Positions 41,569 through 53,243 of a stretch of 64,000 bases of DNA are shown here, piece after piece. The DNA lies in the NCBI GenBank assembly GCA_951406725.2, contig OX597823.1:12772001-12836000 (forward strand), read 5' to 3'. The DNA is from Octopus vulgaris (taxonomy: Eukaryota). The notes beneath the pieces were generated by a model. It was given only the letters and a program-made list of their open reading frames with translations. It did not search any database and had not been told where the DNA came from. Positions within the stretch are counted from its first letter, which is position 1, and every line of letters starts with the position of its first letter. The position numbers and the translations under genes were made by a program.

Positions 41569-41852
41569 TACTCTTTTACTCTTTCACTCTTTTACTCTTG
41601 AACCCGGAACCATGTGGTTGGTAAGCAAGCTACTTACCACACAGCCACTCCTGCGCCTATGTACATATATTCTGCTTTACAAATAAATACGCATATATAT
41701 ATACATATATACGACGGGCTTCTTTCAGTTTCCGTCTACCAAATCCACTCACAAGGCTTTGGTCGGCCCGGGGCTATAGCGGAAGATACTTGCCCAAGAT
41801 GCCACGCAGTGGGACTGAACCCGGGACCATGTGATTGGTTAGCAAGCTACTT
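41569..41852 (-). mobile_element. SINE-A 3' portion (host of the ORF1-only elements)
   Basis: Tail (aagagtaa)n at 41569-41598, body to ...aagtagcttgctaacca. The 5' head continues at 46395-46436. Confidence 0.85.
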
Positions 41853-43912
41853 TATTTTATATAATTTGCCACTAGGGCAGCACACAGAGTAGTTGCGGGC
41901 TGGACAAGGACATTAATGGATGATGGTGGTGGTGGTGGATGACGATGGTGATGGGAGAAGTCAGAAAGCGCCCGCCGACTTTTGCTTCTCTAAAACAATG
42001 TTCTTTTTTTTTCAATAATTTACAAACTTTCAAAAATTACAAAAAATTCAAAAAATTTTCACAAAAATTTCAATTTACAATTTACACTTTTAAAAGTCTC
42101 TTCAGAGGCAATAAACCTCTGTCACAATGTAACACAATTACAATTTTACGTTACCCGACCGATGAACTCTCTTGCTTTAATGACGCAATCGTCCATCGTC
42201 AGGCTTCCGCATACAGGTATGACTTGCAAGAGATCCTCCGGGAAAGAATTCTCAATCCTGCACATATCATTTTCGAGTAGGACCTCCGCAGCCAGCTGCG
42301 AAGGCCACTCGGGATACTCCATGCAGGACCGAAGTCCCTCCCATTGGTTTCTCTTCCTCCTCTTACGTATTTCATTTTCTACAGTGCCTCCTTTACGGAA
42401 GAGGACTACATAAAATTTCTCCGGCATCACAATCGCCGGAGGAAACATGGGAGACGCCCTCTGGGTGTTACAGTCCGCTAGTGGCGTCCCGTTCCTCTTT
42501 TTCTTTTTCTTTTTACGCTGGGCCTCGGGAGGTTGAGGTTCCGGTGCTATACGCACCGGGTCCTCTTTTTCTTCCGCAGCCTCCGGTTCCTTGGGTGGGT
42601 CGCCATTGCTCCCCACTCTTCTTTTTCTTTTGGAGGAGGATTTTTCCCCCTCCTCACTTTGTTTCTCTCCCTCCATTGGTGGGGCAGGGAGAGGCTCTGA
42701 TATTAACTTCTCCAGGATCCTACTCTGGTTCCTGGGGCAGTTTCTCTTAATGTGGCCGGTCTCCGAACACAGGTGACACTTGGGGGCGCGTCCCTCAAGT
42801 ATCACCGGATACTTGGACCCGGCCATCTTCAAGAAGTCCGGCAAAACCAGACTCTTGGCCGACTGGGTCCACAGAGTCAAAGTAGCCTTTGCCCCTTCCC
42901 AGTCAGCTGCAGGCTCTATCTTCACGTTCAGGATCTTGGCGCTACCGCCACTCAGACCCCGGCGGATGGAATCTTCCACCCACTCGGGCTCAAAGCCTGG
43001 CGGCAGGCCGCAGACCCATAATCGTATCAATTTTTCCCCCTTATAGCTGGGAGAAACAGAATCTCTTCGCCCTCAATGGGCTTACTCGCGAAATCGCAAG
43101 CTGCTTTAGGGGAGTCAAACAGCAACCAAATCGTTGCGTATTTGGCTCCCCGTTGAATATATTTAACGGCTGGCATATAATCTGCCAGCTCGTTCATAAT
43201 GGTAGCTTTTGGGAAAACCATTATGGTATCGAGCGACCTCGAATATGTCCTCAATACCACGGTTCTGTCCTCGAGCTCCTTTAAGTACTTTTTGGGAGGT
43301 GTTAATTCCCACACTGAAATTCCTTGCCATAAGGTAAGAAAAACAGTTCAAAATGTTACAAAATAAATTATTAGACACAGAAAGGAGAATGAAAAAAGCA
43401 ACAGAAGGGAAGAAATAAAATTAAAATGGCAGTTCAAAAAAAGTACTTTTTTTTTTTACAAATGAATGATAGACGGAGAAAGAGAGTTCAAATTCAGACA
43501 AAGGAATTAATTTTTCTTTTTTTTTTTTTTTTGTTCACTTTTTCTGCCAAAAATTGTATTCCAGGCCAAATACACAGTTGGTGAAACACCTTGGTAAAAT
43601 AATCCTTGGTAAATCCCGTGGATAACACAACGACAATTTCAAAAATAATTTTTGCAGACGGACTACGCCGCCTCAAAAACACAATTTTCTTCACACCCGA
43701 CAACAGGCAGAAAAATTATATCCGGAGCAAAGTGGAGCCTTATTATCTGCTAAAAAATATTTAATGCTAAAAAACATTAATGCAAGTAATAAAACTTCAC
43801 TTCGCTCGCAAAAATACAAAATTCCTACCTTTAGTCGAGTCGAAAGTTCAACAATTCACGTTGAAACAACGTGGCATCTGGAGCAGCAAAATAACACGTC
43901 CGAACAGTTCAG
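41853..43912 (-). mobile_element. ORF1-only non-LTR retroelement, copy A (HAL1-like, Tx1/L1-type ORF1)
   Basis: Bounded by target repeats tggttagcaagctactt (41836-41852) and aggttagcaagctactt (43913-43929). One 5' monomer, ORF1, about 290-bp 3' UTR ending ataaaata. No ORF2. Confidence 0.8.
42146..43330 (-). pseudogene. Gag-like ORF1 (RRM-like plus CCHC zinc knuckle), two frameshifts
   Basis: Colinear with the 399-aa copy. 2-bp loss near 43312 and 1-bp loss in a C run near 43050. Contains CHLCSETGHIKRNC (CX2CX4HX4C). Confidence 0.8.
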
Positions 43913-44217
43913 AGGTTAGCAAGCTACTTTATTTTATTTAATTTGCCACAAGGGCAGTACACAGATAGTAGCTACGGGCTGGACATAGACATTAATGAAT
44001 GATGGTGATGGAATGAAGATGGTGATGGGAGAAGACGAAAGCGCCCGCCGACCCCCGCTTCTCTAAATCAATGTTCTTTTTTCAATAATTTTACAAAATT
44101 TTCAAAATTTCACAAAAATACAAAAATTTCACAAAAATTCCAAATTTTACAAATCACAATTTCAAAAGTTTTTCCAGAGGCAAAAAACCTCCATCACAAT
44201 ATAACACAAATACAGGT

Positions 44218-45417
44218 TCACGTTACCCGACCGATGAACGCTCTTGCTTTATTGACGCAATCGTTCGCCGTCAGGCCCCCGCATACAGGTAAAATTTGAT
44301 AGGAGCCCTCCGGGAAAGACTTCACGAACCTGCACCGATCGTCATGGAGTAGGACCTCCGCAGCCAGCTGCGAAGGCCACTCGGGATACTCCATGCAGGA
44401 CCGAAGTCCCTCCCATTGGTTTCTCTTCCTCATTTTACTTATTTCATCTTCTATTGTTCCTCCTTTGTAGAAGAGGACTACATAATATTTCTCCGGCCAC
44501 ACAATCACATACGGCGGAGGAGACATTGGAGACGCCGTCTGCGTGTTACAATCCGCTGGCGGCGTTCCGTTTCTCTTCTTTCTTTTTTTCTTTTTACCGT
44601 GGGCCACGGGAGGTTGAGGTTCCGGTGTTGCACACGCCGGATCCACTCTATCTCTCGTAGCTTCCTGGTCTTTTAGTGGGTCACCATTGTTCCCCACTTT
44701 CCGTTTTCTCGTTGAGGAAGTCTCCGCTTCCTCGTTCTGTTTCTCTCCCTCTATTGGTGGGGCAGGGAGAGGCTCCGATATCAACTTCTCCAGGATCCTA
44801 CTTTGGTCCCTGGGGCATTTCTTCTTAATGTGGCCGGTCTCCGAACACAGGTGACACTTGGGGGCGCGTCCCTCTAGCATCACCGGATACTTGGACCCGG
44901 CCATCTTCAGGAAGTCCGGCAAAACCAGACTCTTGGCCGACTGGGTCCACAGAGTCAGAGTAGCCTTTCCTCCTTCCCAGTTAGCCGCAGGCTGCATTTT
45001 CACATTCAGGATCTTGGCGCTACCACCGCTCAAACCCCGGCGGATGGAATCTTCCACCCACTCGGGCTCAAAGCCGGGCGGCAGGCCACAGACCCATAAA
45101 CGTAACAATTTTTCCCCCTTGTAACTGGGGAGAAACAGAATCTCATCGCCCTCAATGGGCTGGCTTGCAAATTTGCAAGCTGCTTCAGCGGAGTCAAATA
45201 GCAACCATACCGTTGCGTATTTGACTCCCCGTTGAATATGTTTAACGGCTGGCATATAGTCTGCCAGCTCGTTCACAATGGTGTCTCTCGGAAAAACCAT
45301 TATGGTGTCGAGTGACTTTGAATATGTCCTCAACACCACGGTCTTTTCCTCGAGTTCGTGCAAATATTTTTTGGGAGGTGTTAATTCCCACACAGTGAAA
45401 TTCTTTGCCTTTGCCAT
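44218..45417 (-). CDS. 399-aa gag-like ORF1 protein: RRM-like segments, LEGRAPK-CX2CX4HX4C knuckle, basic linker, conserved C-terminal domain
   Basis: Intact ATG-to-stop ORF, visibly GC-rich relative to the background. CHLCSETGHIKKKC knuckle. Synonymous differences versus copy A. Confidence 0.85.
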   Translation of the reverse strand: MAKAKNFTVWELTPPKKYLHELEEKTVVLRTYSKSLDTIMVFPRDTIVNELADYMPAVKHIQRGVKYATVWLLFDSAEAACKFASQPIEGDEILFLPSYKGEKLLRLWVCGLPPGFEPEWVEDSIRRGLSGGSAKILNVKMQPAANWEGGKATLTLWTQSAKSLVLPDFLKMAGSKYPVMLEGRAPKCHLCSETGHIKKKCPRDQSRILEKLISEPLPAPPIEGEKQNEEAETSSTRKRKVGNNGDPLKDQEATRDRVDPACATPEPQPPVAHGKKKKRKKRNGTPPADCNTQTASPMSPPPYVIVWPEKYYVVLFYKGGTIEDEISKMRKRNQWEGLRSCMEYPEWPSQLAAEVLLHDDRCRFVKSFPEGSYQILPVCGGLTANDCVNKARAFIGRVT

Positions 45418-45763
45418 AACTTAAAATACAACAGTTCAAAATGATAAACTAAAATTAGCCACAGAAAGGAGAATGAAAATGCAACAAAAGGGAAGAAATA
45501 AAAATGGCAGTTCAAAAAAGTTTTTACAAATAAATGATAGAAGAGAAAGAGAGTTCAAATCAGGCAAAGGAATTCAGTTTTCTTTTTTCTTTTTTTTTTT
45601 TTCACACTTCTTCGGCCAAAATGGTAATCCAGGCCAAATGCACTTGGTAAACCTTGGTAAATAATCCTTGGTGAAACCCTTGGTAAATAATCCTTGGTAA
45701 TCCGTGGACAACACAACGACAATTTCAACAATAATTTTTTCAGACGGACTATGCCGCTTCAAA

Positions 45764-46360
45764 AATACAATTTCTTTTCACTCGACACAGGCAGAAAAAT
45801 TATATCTGGAGCAAAGTGGAGCCTTATTATTTGCTAAAAAATATTAAATGCTAAAAAACATTCATGCAAGTAATAAAACTTCACTAAACTCGCAAAAACA
45901 TAAAACGCCTACCCGCAGTCGATTCGAACGTTCAACAATTCACGTTGAAACAACGCGACATCAATACAATTTTCTTTTCACTCGACACAGGCAGAAAAAT
46001 TATATCCGGAGCAAAGTGGAGCCCTATTATCTGCTAAAAATATTAAATGCTAAAAAACATTCATGCAAGTAATAAAACTTCACTAAACTCGCAAAAACAT
46101 AAAACGCCTACCCGTAGTCGATTCGAACGTTCAACAATTCACGTTGAAACAACGCGACATCAATACAATTTTCTTTCCACTCGACACAGGCAGAAAAATT
46201 ATATCTGGAGCAGAGTGGAGCCCTATTATCTGCTAAAATATATTTAATGCTAAAAAACATTAATGTAAGTAATAAAACTTCACTTCGCTCACAAAAATAC
46301 AAAATTCCTACCTTTAGTCGAGTCAAAAGTTCAACAATTCACGTTGAAACACGTGGCATC
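45764..46360 (-). repeat. Three tandem 199-bp monomers in the 5' UTR of copy B
   Basis: Unit starts (aatacaat) at 45764, 45963 and 46162. Copy A has a single unit at about 43680-43878. Confidence 0.9.
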
Positions 46361-46394
46361 TGGAGCAGCAAAAAAACACGTCTGAACAGTTCAG

Positions 46395-46436
46395 TGGTTA
46401 GCGAGCTACTTACCACACAGCCACTCCTGCGCCTAT
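46395..46436 (-). mobile_element. SINE-A 5' head (completes the 41569-41852 copy)
   Basis: Minus strand taggcgcaggagtggctgtgtggtaagtagctcgctaacca. Confidence 0.85.
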
Positions 46437-46788
46437 ATCTTTTTTTTAAAAAAATAGCATAATAAAGTTATATGATTATATTTAATCTAATTTTAACAAA
46501 CCTGAAGTAGAACATGCACAGTTATTAGTTTGTTCGAGTATATTTGTACGAAATAAAAGATGAACGACTGCAGGAAAGTAGGAGCAATTTTTCGAGTGGA
46601 TTTGATAAACAAGACTAAATGAAATATTCTTTTACGGAGCGAGAAAAAGATAATGGGGGATTATAATGCGCTGCAGTTTCAAGATTATTCATGAATAGCG
46701 TTCGTATTTATGAACAGCAATAATAATCTGAATGAATTTAATGATTCTTCCACAACACTGCTGAGTATTTCAATTACATAGCAGTATT

Positions 46789-47173
46789 CTCTTTTACTTG
46801 TTTCAGTCATGTGGCTGTGGCCATGCTGGAGGGCCGCCTTTAATCGAGCGAATCGACCCCAGGACTTATTCTTTATAAGCCAAGTACTTATTCTATCGGT
46901 CTCTTTTGCCGAACCGCTATGTTACGGGGGCGTAAACAAACCAGCATCGGTTGTCAAGCGATCTTGGTGGGGGAGAAACACAGACACACAAACATACATA
47001 CATATATATATATATATACATAAATACGACGGGTTTCTTTTAGTTTCCGTCTACTAAATCCTCTCACAAGGCTATAGTAGAAGACCCTTGCCCATGGTGC
47101 CACGCAGTAGGACCGAACCCGGAACCTTGTGGCTGGTAAGCAAACTACTTACCACACAGCCACCCCAACGCCT
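46789..47173 (-). mobile_element. SINE-A, full length
   Basis: Tail, body, internal microsatellite and head ggctgtgtggtaagtagtttgc. Confidence 0.85.
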
Positions 47174-47327
47174 ACAAGCCACGCCTACGAGTATTGTTGG
47201 TCAATATTTCTGAATCGCTTCATAGACTAACACTTTCTAGAGTAGCACACATGACTGCACACACACGCGCGCGCGCATACACACACATACATATATATGC
47301 ATTTATACAGGCTTGTACATATGTATA

Positions 47328-47880
47328 CGAGCGAAACGCCCCCCACCGTCCAATGGACGGTGCTGAATCACATCTGCTGAATAAACAGCAATCAGTGTTT
47401 TCTTTCATTAAAAAATAATTAAGCATGCCTTTATTTCAATAAAATTTTTGGTTTTGTTAAACGAAGTTAAGGCAAAAAAAAAAAACTTTCTGAGAAACCA
47501 AATACTCTTTCCTTCCTTCATGCCAAGTTTGAAGAAAATATCTCTTTTGCATCTTACTTTTTTCGTCTCATAAATATACTGCATTTTGTGACATTATTTC
47601 AAGCCAGCCGGATTTTTTGCGCAAACTGCACGTGCATTTTTCTCGCGTACGCGTTATATCGAAAGCAACAGCTGATGTACTTGCGCGTACAAATGCACGT
47701 TCCCACGGCTTTATTGATCACATTCTCACCTAGAATCGATTTTTGCAATTTTTGCAAGACTTATGCACATCCTGATATCGTCGGTATCTACACATCAAAT
47801 TTGAGCGCAATCGGATGGGGGATGCCCGAGATCCTAGAAGACACACACACAGACAGACAGAAGGGATTTTATATAATAGA
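47328..47880 (-). mobile_element. Non-autonomous Helitron-like element (family H3, CTCG end)
   Basis: A|TCTATTATATAAAA start, perfect hairpin ccgtccattggacgg, CTCG|T end. Confidence 0.72.
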
Positions 47881-48347
47881 TGACCGAGGTTTTAAAGCTG
47901 AAACAGGTTAAAGAGTAAATGAGTTATATGCCTATGTGTGAGCGTGTGTGTTTATGTGTGTGTGTGTGCGTATGTGTGTGTGTATGTATGCTAAACTCTT
48001 CGTCATACCTCCATGGCGGGCTGAGTCTATCAAATGAGTAATGCACGTGATTAGAAATCAGGTCAGTAATCCATCAATCTTTTTGCCAAACTGCTAAGTT
48101 ACACAAACGTAAATAAAATGAATAATGAGAAATAATCTTAGAGGCGCACGCACATAGATATACACACGTACACACTCAGGTATGCACAATGTCACATACG
48201 TACGCACATACACGCACACACAGATGTATACACTATGCCACATACACACACACACACATACACGCACATACACACACAAGTATACACAATGCCACATACT
48301 CACACACACAGACAGACAGACACACTCACACACATATTTATGTGTTT

Positions 48348-48472
48348 ACCGGAGTAAACACATAAATGTGAAACAAGGTGGAAAAAAGAGTACTCAAATA
48401 CCAGAGGTAGAGTAATATGCTTTATTTAAAAGCAGCAGAAATTTAACAACAGCTGTTACTCGGAGTTTCACA
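48348..48472 (-). mobile_element. Penelope-like tail fragment with 3' half of a hammerhead
   Basis: Minus strand gtGAAACtccgaGTAacagc. The 5' half is missing. Confidence 0.4.
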
Positions 48473-48492
48473 TACCTCATACCCTAATTCAC

Positions 48493-48793
48493 ATATCACG
48501 TGATCACGTGACCGACCAGTCCATCAGATGTAGTTACACATCGCTGGTCACAATGCGTTCGCATTGTTTTAGCCTTCGAATGACGCCATCCCGCTGGCTA
48601 AGCGAGCAGGCCAACACAAGAAAGAGTGAGAGAAAGAGTGGTGAAAGAGTACAGCAGGGATCACCACCCCCTGCCGGAGCCTCGTGGAGCTTTTAGGTGT
48701 TTTCGTTCAATAAACACTCACAATGCCCGATCTGGGAATCGAAACCGCGATCCTACGACCGCTGCCCTAACCACTGGGCCATTGCGCCTCCAC
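48493..48793 (-). mobile_element. Fourth tRNA-derived SINE family
   Basis: Minus-strand head gtggaggcgcaatggcccagtggttagggcagcgg...ggtttcgattccc (A and B boxes), tail gtcacgtgatcacgtgat. Confidence 0.75.
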
Positions 48794-49165
48794 AACTCAC
48801 ATATACACATTCGTATATAGACGAGCTTCTGCAGTTCCGCAACATCATTCACTCCCATGACAGTAGTCGACCCAGACTAAAGTAAACTACAGTAACTGTG
48901 ACATGCTCTGAGATTAATTCGAAAGCCACGTAAGAGAAAATTCCCAATTCCCATGTCCTTAATTATGATTTTGCAACGGACATTCCGATTTTCAAGTGCA
49001 TTCCTCATGGTGTGAGATTTTATAAAGTGTATAGGGACCCTTAATAGAGACAATACTACAATATTTTATTGGTCCAGGCACCATCTTATGTCAATTTTAT
49101 ACGGGGTGCATATACATTTTAGCGCTACAGTGCATACACAAAATTATACAAACAAATATATATAA

Positions 49166-49196
<31 letters not shown>

Positions 49197-49475
49197 TGGT
49201 GGCTCGTATGTATGTTGTGCTTGTAAGTATTCATGTATATATATATATACCCTATGGCACAGATACCGCCTGACAAATCCCATTGATAAGGAACTAGCAA
49301 AGCCAGAGTCAAGGTGGAAATCTGTTTTTCAGTGTCTCACACCTTGGAATCAAACCTTTGAAATTTTCTTGGCGAAAGATCTTAATAACATTGCGAGGTC
49401 TACGCTCGGAAACAGATAGATTAACTATGTGTGGTAAATTATCCTAATGGATTAGTCATTAGTTAAAGTTTGAAA

Positions 49476-49875
49476 GGCGGAGTGCTGGAAGAAACGTTAG
49501 CCCTTAGGGCGAAATTTTTAGCGGTATGTCGTCTGCCGCTACGTTCTGAGTTCAAATTACGCCGAGGTCGACTTTGCCTTTCATCCTTTCGAGGTCGATA
49601 AATTAAGGACCAGTTACGCACTGGGTCGATCTAATCGACTTATCCGTTTGTCTGTCCTTGTTTGTCATCTCTGTGTTTATCCCCTTGTGGGTAGGAAAGA
49701 AATGGGTATTTCGTCAGTCATTACGTTCTGAGTTCAAATTCTGCCGAGGTCGACTTTTACTTTCATCGTTTCGGGGTCGCTAAATTAAGTACAAGTTGTT
49801 TACTGAGTCGATCTAATCGACTTAGATCCTCCCCCAAGAACTTTCGGGCCTTGTGTCTACAGAAGGAAAGAATAT
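49476..49875 (+). mobile_element. SINE-B dimer (tail1-tail2)
   Basis: Junction aaagaaat|gggtatttc at about 49703, tail-2 cgggccttgtgtctacagaaggaaagaat. Confidence 0.8.
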
Positions 49876-50039
49876 TTGATGTTTGAATAAGGAAAATATT
49901 AGAAAACATCGGATAATACATCCCTACAGACATCGTGCCTCACGTAAAAGAAGAATTGGCACTGCTTGAATGGTTTTGATCATAGGTTTGCTAAATAAAA
50001 AATCGGGTGTGTTCCAGATATCGTCGATCTTCCTGGACA

Positions 50040-52200
50040 CGGACTTTAATTTGTTCTTGAATGTGGGGAGTAGCTAAACTTGTGCCTTTAGACTAGTAGC
50101 CATTTTGCACTAGTTGGTGCAGGACTGCAAGACGTCTTCAGCAATCTGTACGTTTTTCTAGGGACGTCCAGCCCTTAAGTGCTAGTGGGCGCCTGGAAAT
50201 CTATGTTGGATGCACATTTTGGTGGTGTGGGGCTATCTAATAGTAGAGAGGCTGAAGCGGTTTCACGAACGTGCTCAGATACTTCCAACTGTTTGACAGG
50301 CACCGACTGTGTACCAATCTGGACACGGAGAAACCACTCCGGGTCCTGTAGATCTTATGCAGATAGATTATTCTGGAAGCAAGTAGATAAGGATATTATA
50401 GGTTGCCTAATTTTTAAATCGTCGGTTACGCAAACTTATGAAGAGCATCGTCGATTCATAAAGGTTTCGTAGGCGGAGACGTGGATACTAGAAGCTGCAC
50501 GAGTTGCTCCTTGCATGCCAAATATACAGAAACCGAATTAGCGAATTAGTTAACAGGTGATAACGAGGGTAATCGTCAACAACAAGTGGTGGTTCACGCT
50601 GAAAAGAACAATTAGTGTAAAATCAATAAGATTTAGCAATGCAAAACATAGAATAGAGGTATACTTAGAAAGTTAGAAGAGAAAGTTAGGAAAGGCAAAG
50701 GAATCGACGTGCTCGTAACAAGATCAGGCGTCGAGCACATTCAGCAAGAAGTAAGCAGGCTACACAGACAGAGCAAAGTCGTATGCACCGAGACAAGAGG
50801 AGACGAAAGACTTTTGTTAGACATGACTGGCAGACGCACAGCAAAGCAAAATAAAAAAAAACAACATAATTTAATCTTTGGCAGACCACAACTAGGCCAT
50901 GTTACTCGGCTTCAAACATACCTGTATGGCTTTTCAGCGGCACTTCGGTCTATTGTTTGAGAGAAAGCGTGGGTTGGAACACTAAACAGACTTGTCTGTC
51001 TGCCTATCACAACTCTTGGCAAGAAAGGAGGAGTATTGCAAAATCTAACAACCAGCAGGGGAATTATGTGAAATATGGAGTTCTTAAATGCACATGTTGT
51101 AATCGCTTGGGGTGGATATTCTGCCTTACGAGCTGACCTTTATATGCCAGGCTTACTTGAGGATATCTTTGCAGATACCTGCCGCACTAGTGTGTGAACG
51201 AGGGAATTTTCTCTCTTCTGTGAACCGTGTAGCAACTGCATTGCTGATAATGGATCCACACATCTCCGTTAAACGCAGATTCGAATTTTTTGACCACAGT
51301 GTTATCAAAAATATTAGTGATTGTTGTCGATGGACTAATTATTGAGCGGCAAGCGGCCTTTCCGAAAATGTCTATCCGTGACTACGTGGGTAAAAAACTT
51401 CGCATAGGTGGGGCCCTGATTAATTTAAATCAATTAAACGCTTTTGATTATTTGATAACTTATACTGTGTGGCTGCCCTTAAACTGGTTAGTTTTCGGTG
51501 CCGTCTTCTGCGAATGATTTGCTGTAGTATGAAGAGGCATTGGATTGGTACTTAGGATGAATGATTACCTATCGTAGCTATTCATGATAAGGAGTGGTAG
51601 TACCCTCTCATCTTTTTAGCATGTACTAAGTCTTAAGCCACTACTACAAAACTATAAACATTGAAGGTTATCCCACACGAACTACGTTGTTAAGAACCAC
51701 GGACACTAAGATGTTATCATCTTAGTGTACCTGTTGAGGCACACTGTGCTGACCGGTAATTCTCTAAAGGACTATATCTTGGTGACTGAAACGAAAAGCA
51801 ACCAAGACAATTCATTGGGCCTTTAGTTTGGCACCTGAAAATGCAGGTCCATGTTGTTCACCTGTCCCGCGGAGTACTGGAGAGATGGAACGGTTAAATT
51901 ACTCGGGGTTTGGTTCGGTCCAGAAGGGAGAAGTAGTGGGACGTGGTAACAAGCAGAGTAACCTCTCTCGCCTAGAAATGAGCCGGTAGAAAGCTCTCAG
52001 GAAACGGTTCAGGATATACTCTTAAGGGAATGGGAAGCAAAACCATTTTGCATGCTTTCGTCCACTTCTCGAACATTGCTGGCTTGCAGAATTATGTTGT
52101 GCAGCCCTTGCATAGATTTCTCTCTGCCCGTGAAGGGCAAATGTTTTTCCTGTTGGCCTTGGTAAAAGAGGTTTTATGATGGTTGAGTTTCAAACAGCAG
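50040..52200 (+). pseudogene. Heavily degenerate L1/Tx1-clade ORF2 (APE plus RT)
   Basis: VLVGAWKSMLDA (GDWN-like), PIWT..N.SGSCRSYADR, GY*KL, DILPYEL, GGALINLNQLNAFD (LDxxKAFD-like), WRDGTVKLLGVWFGP. Confidence 0.7.
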
Positions 52201-53087
52201 AAATAGACAATGCCTGCAGGAAAAGTTTTACTTGTGGAAAATAATAGTATAATAGTTCAATGGTGGATGAGAATGAGTGTAAGTTGCGATTGAATGCGTC
52301 AGTTCCAAGCAATCGCCTGTAGATTTAAATAGGACAACTGTGACAGGGGCTTGCTTAGAAATCAATGTGACCATAGTTTATGGGGGGTTTTCCAGAATAA
52401 GCTTCAAATGCCTCACTCATTTTGAGGAATACTTTTTTTGTTTTAATTACATTATAGCTCTTGTATGCATATTCAATATATAAAACAACTCTATATTGTC
52501 TTGCAGCGTCCACTATCTTTTCGCCAACCCTTCTTTCCCACATTCTCATCTTAATGTTGATTTTGTTGTTATTCTGATTTGGGCAAGAGGTCGGCAATCT
52601 TAAGGAGATAAATTTTGATGATTCTAGCGACTCCAGATACACGATTAAGGGATACACGATTTTATCGATATCGAAAAGATGAAAGGCGAAGTTAAATGTA
52701 GCGGGATTTGAACGTGTTACGATGCATCAGATATACCATCTGGCATTTTGTCCGAGGCTCTAACGATTCTTGCATCTCATTGCCAGTATATTAGTTATAT
52801 AATGAAATTAATTGTTGTGCATTACTAAGAATCGAAACCACAACATCAACTCTGTACTAGCTTTCATCTCACAACATCTTGCCTGCTATTTCTATTGGCT
52901 CCTATATATTCAATTCTTGCTTCATGTTGAATGGCTAATTCTGTTCCAATGCACAATTAAGGTAGTCATAAATTACGTAATAAAATTATTGGCGCATAAA
53001 CAGTAAATGTAATAAGTGGCGTAGATGGGGATTATAAACTATTAGATAATACCAAGGGATAATGAGCTATATTTCAACAAAATAAAT

Positions 53088-53095
53088 TATTATTA

Positions 53096-53178
<83 letters not shown>

Positions 53179-53243
53179 GCTGCTGCTGCTGTTCTTGTTG
53201 TTGTTGTTGTTGTTATTATTATTATTATTATGATTATTATTAT
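53088..53243. repeat. Compound (ATT)n(GTT)n(GCT)n microsatellite
   Basis: Directly visible. Confidence 0.95.

Larger units (their letters stand above)
43930..46394 (-). mobile_element. ORF1-only non-LTR retroelement, copy B (intact ORF, three 5' monomers)
   Basis: Bounded by target repeats at 43913-43929 and 46395-46411. Same termini as copy A (5' ctgaactgttc, 3' gcccttgtggcaaattaaataaaata). Confidence 0.82.

Noticed and set aside
44218-45417. Host zinc-knuckle gene or LTR-retrotransposon gag
   Set aside because: Intronless, bounded by TSDs inside a SINE with an A-rich 3' end; no LTRs, PBS or pol.
45764-46360. CRISPR-like array
   Set aside because: Contiguous 199-bp units without unique spacers, in a eukaryotic context with no cas genes.
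48730-48793. tRNA gene
   Set aside because: The tRNA-like head lacks a proper anticodon arm and continues into a SINE body.
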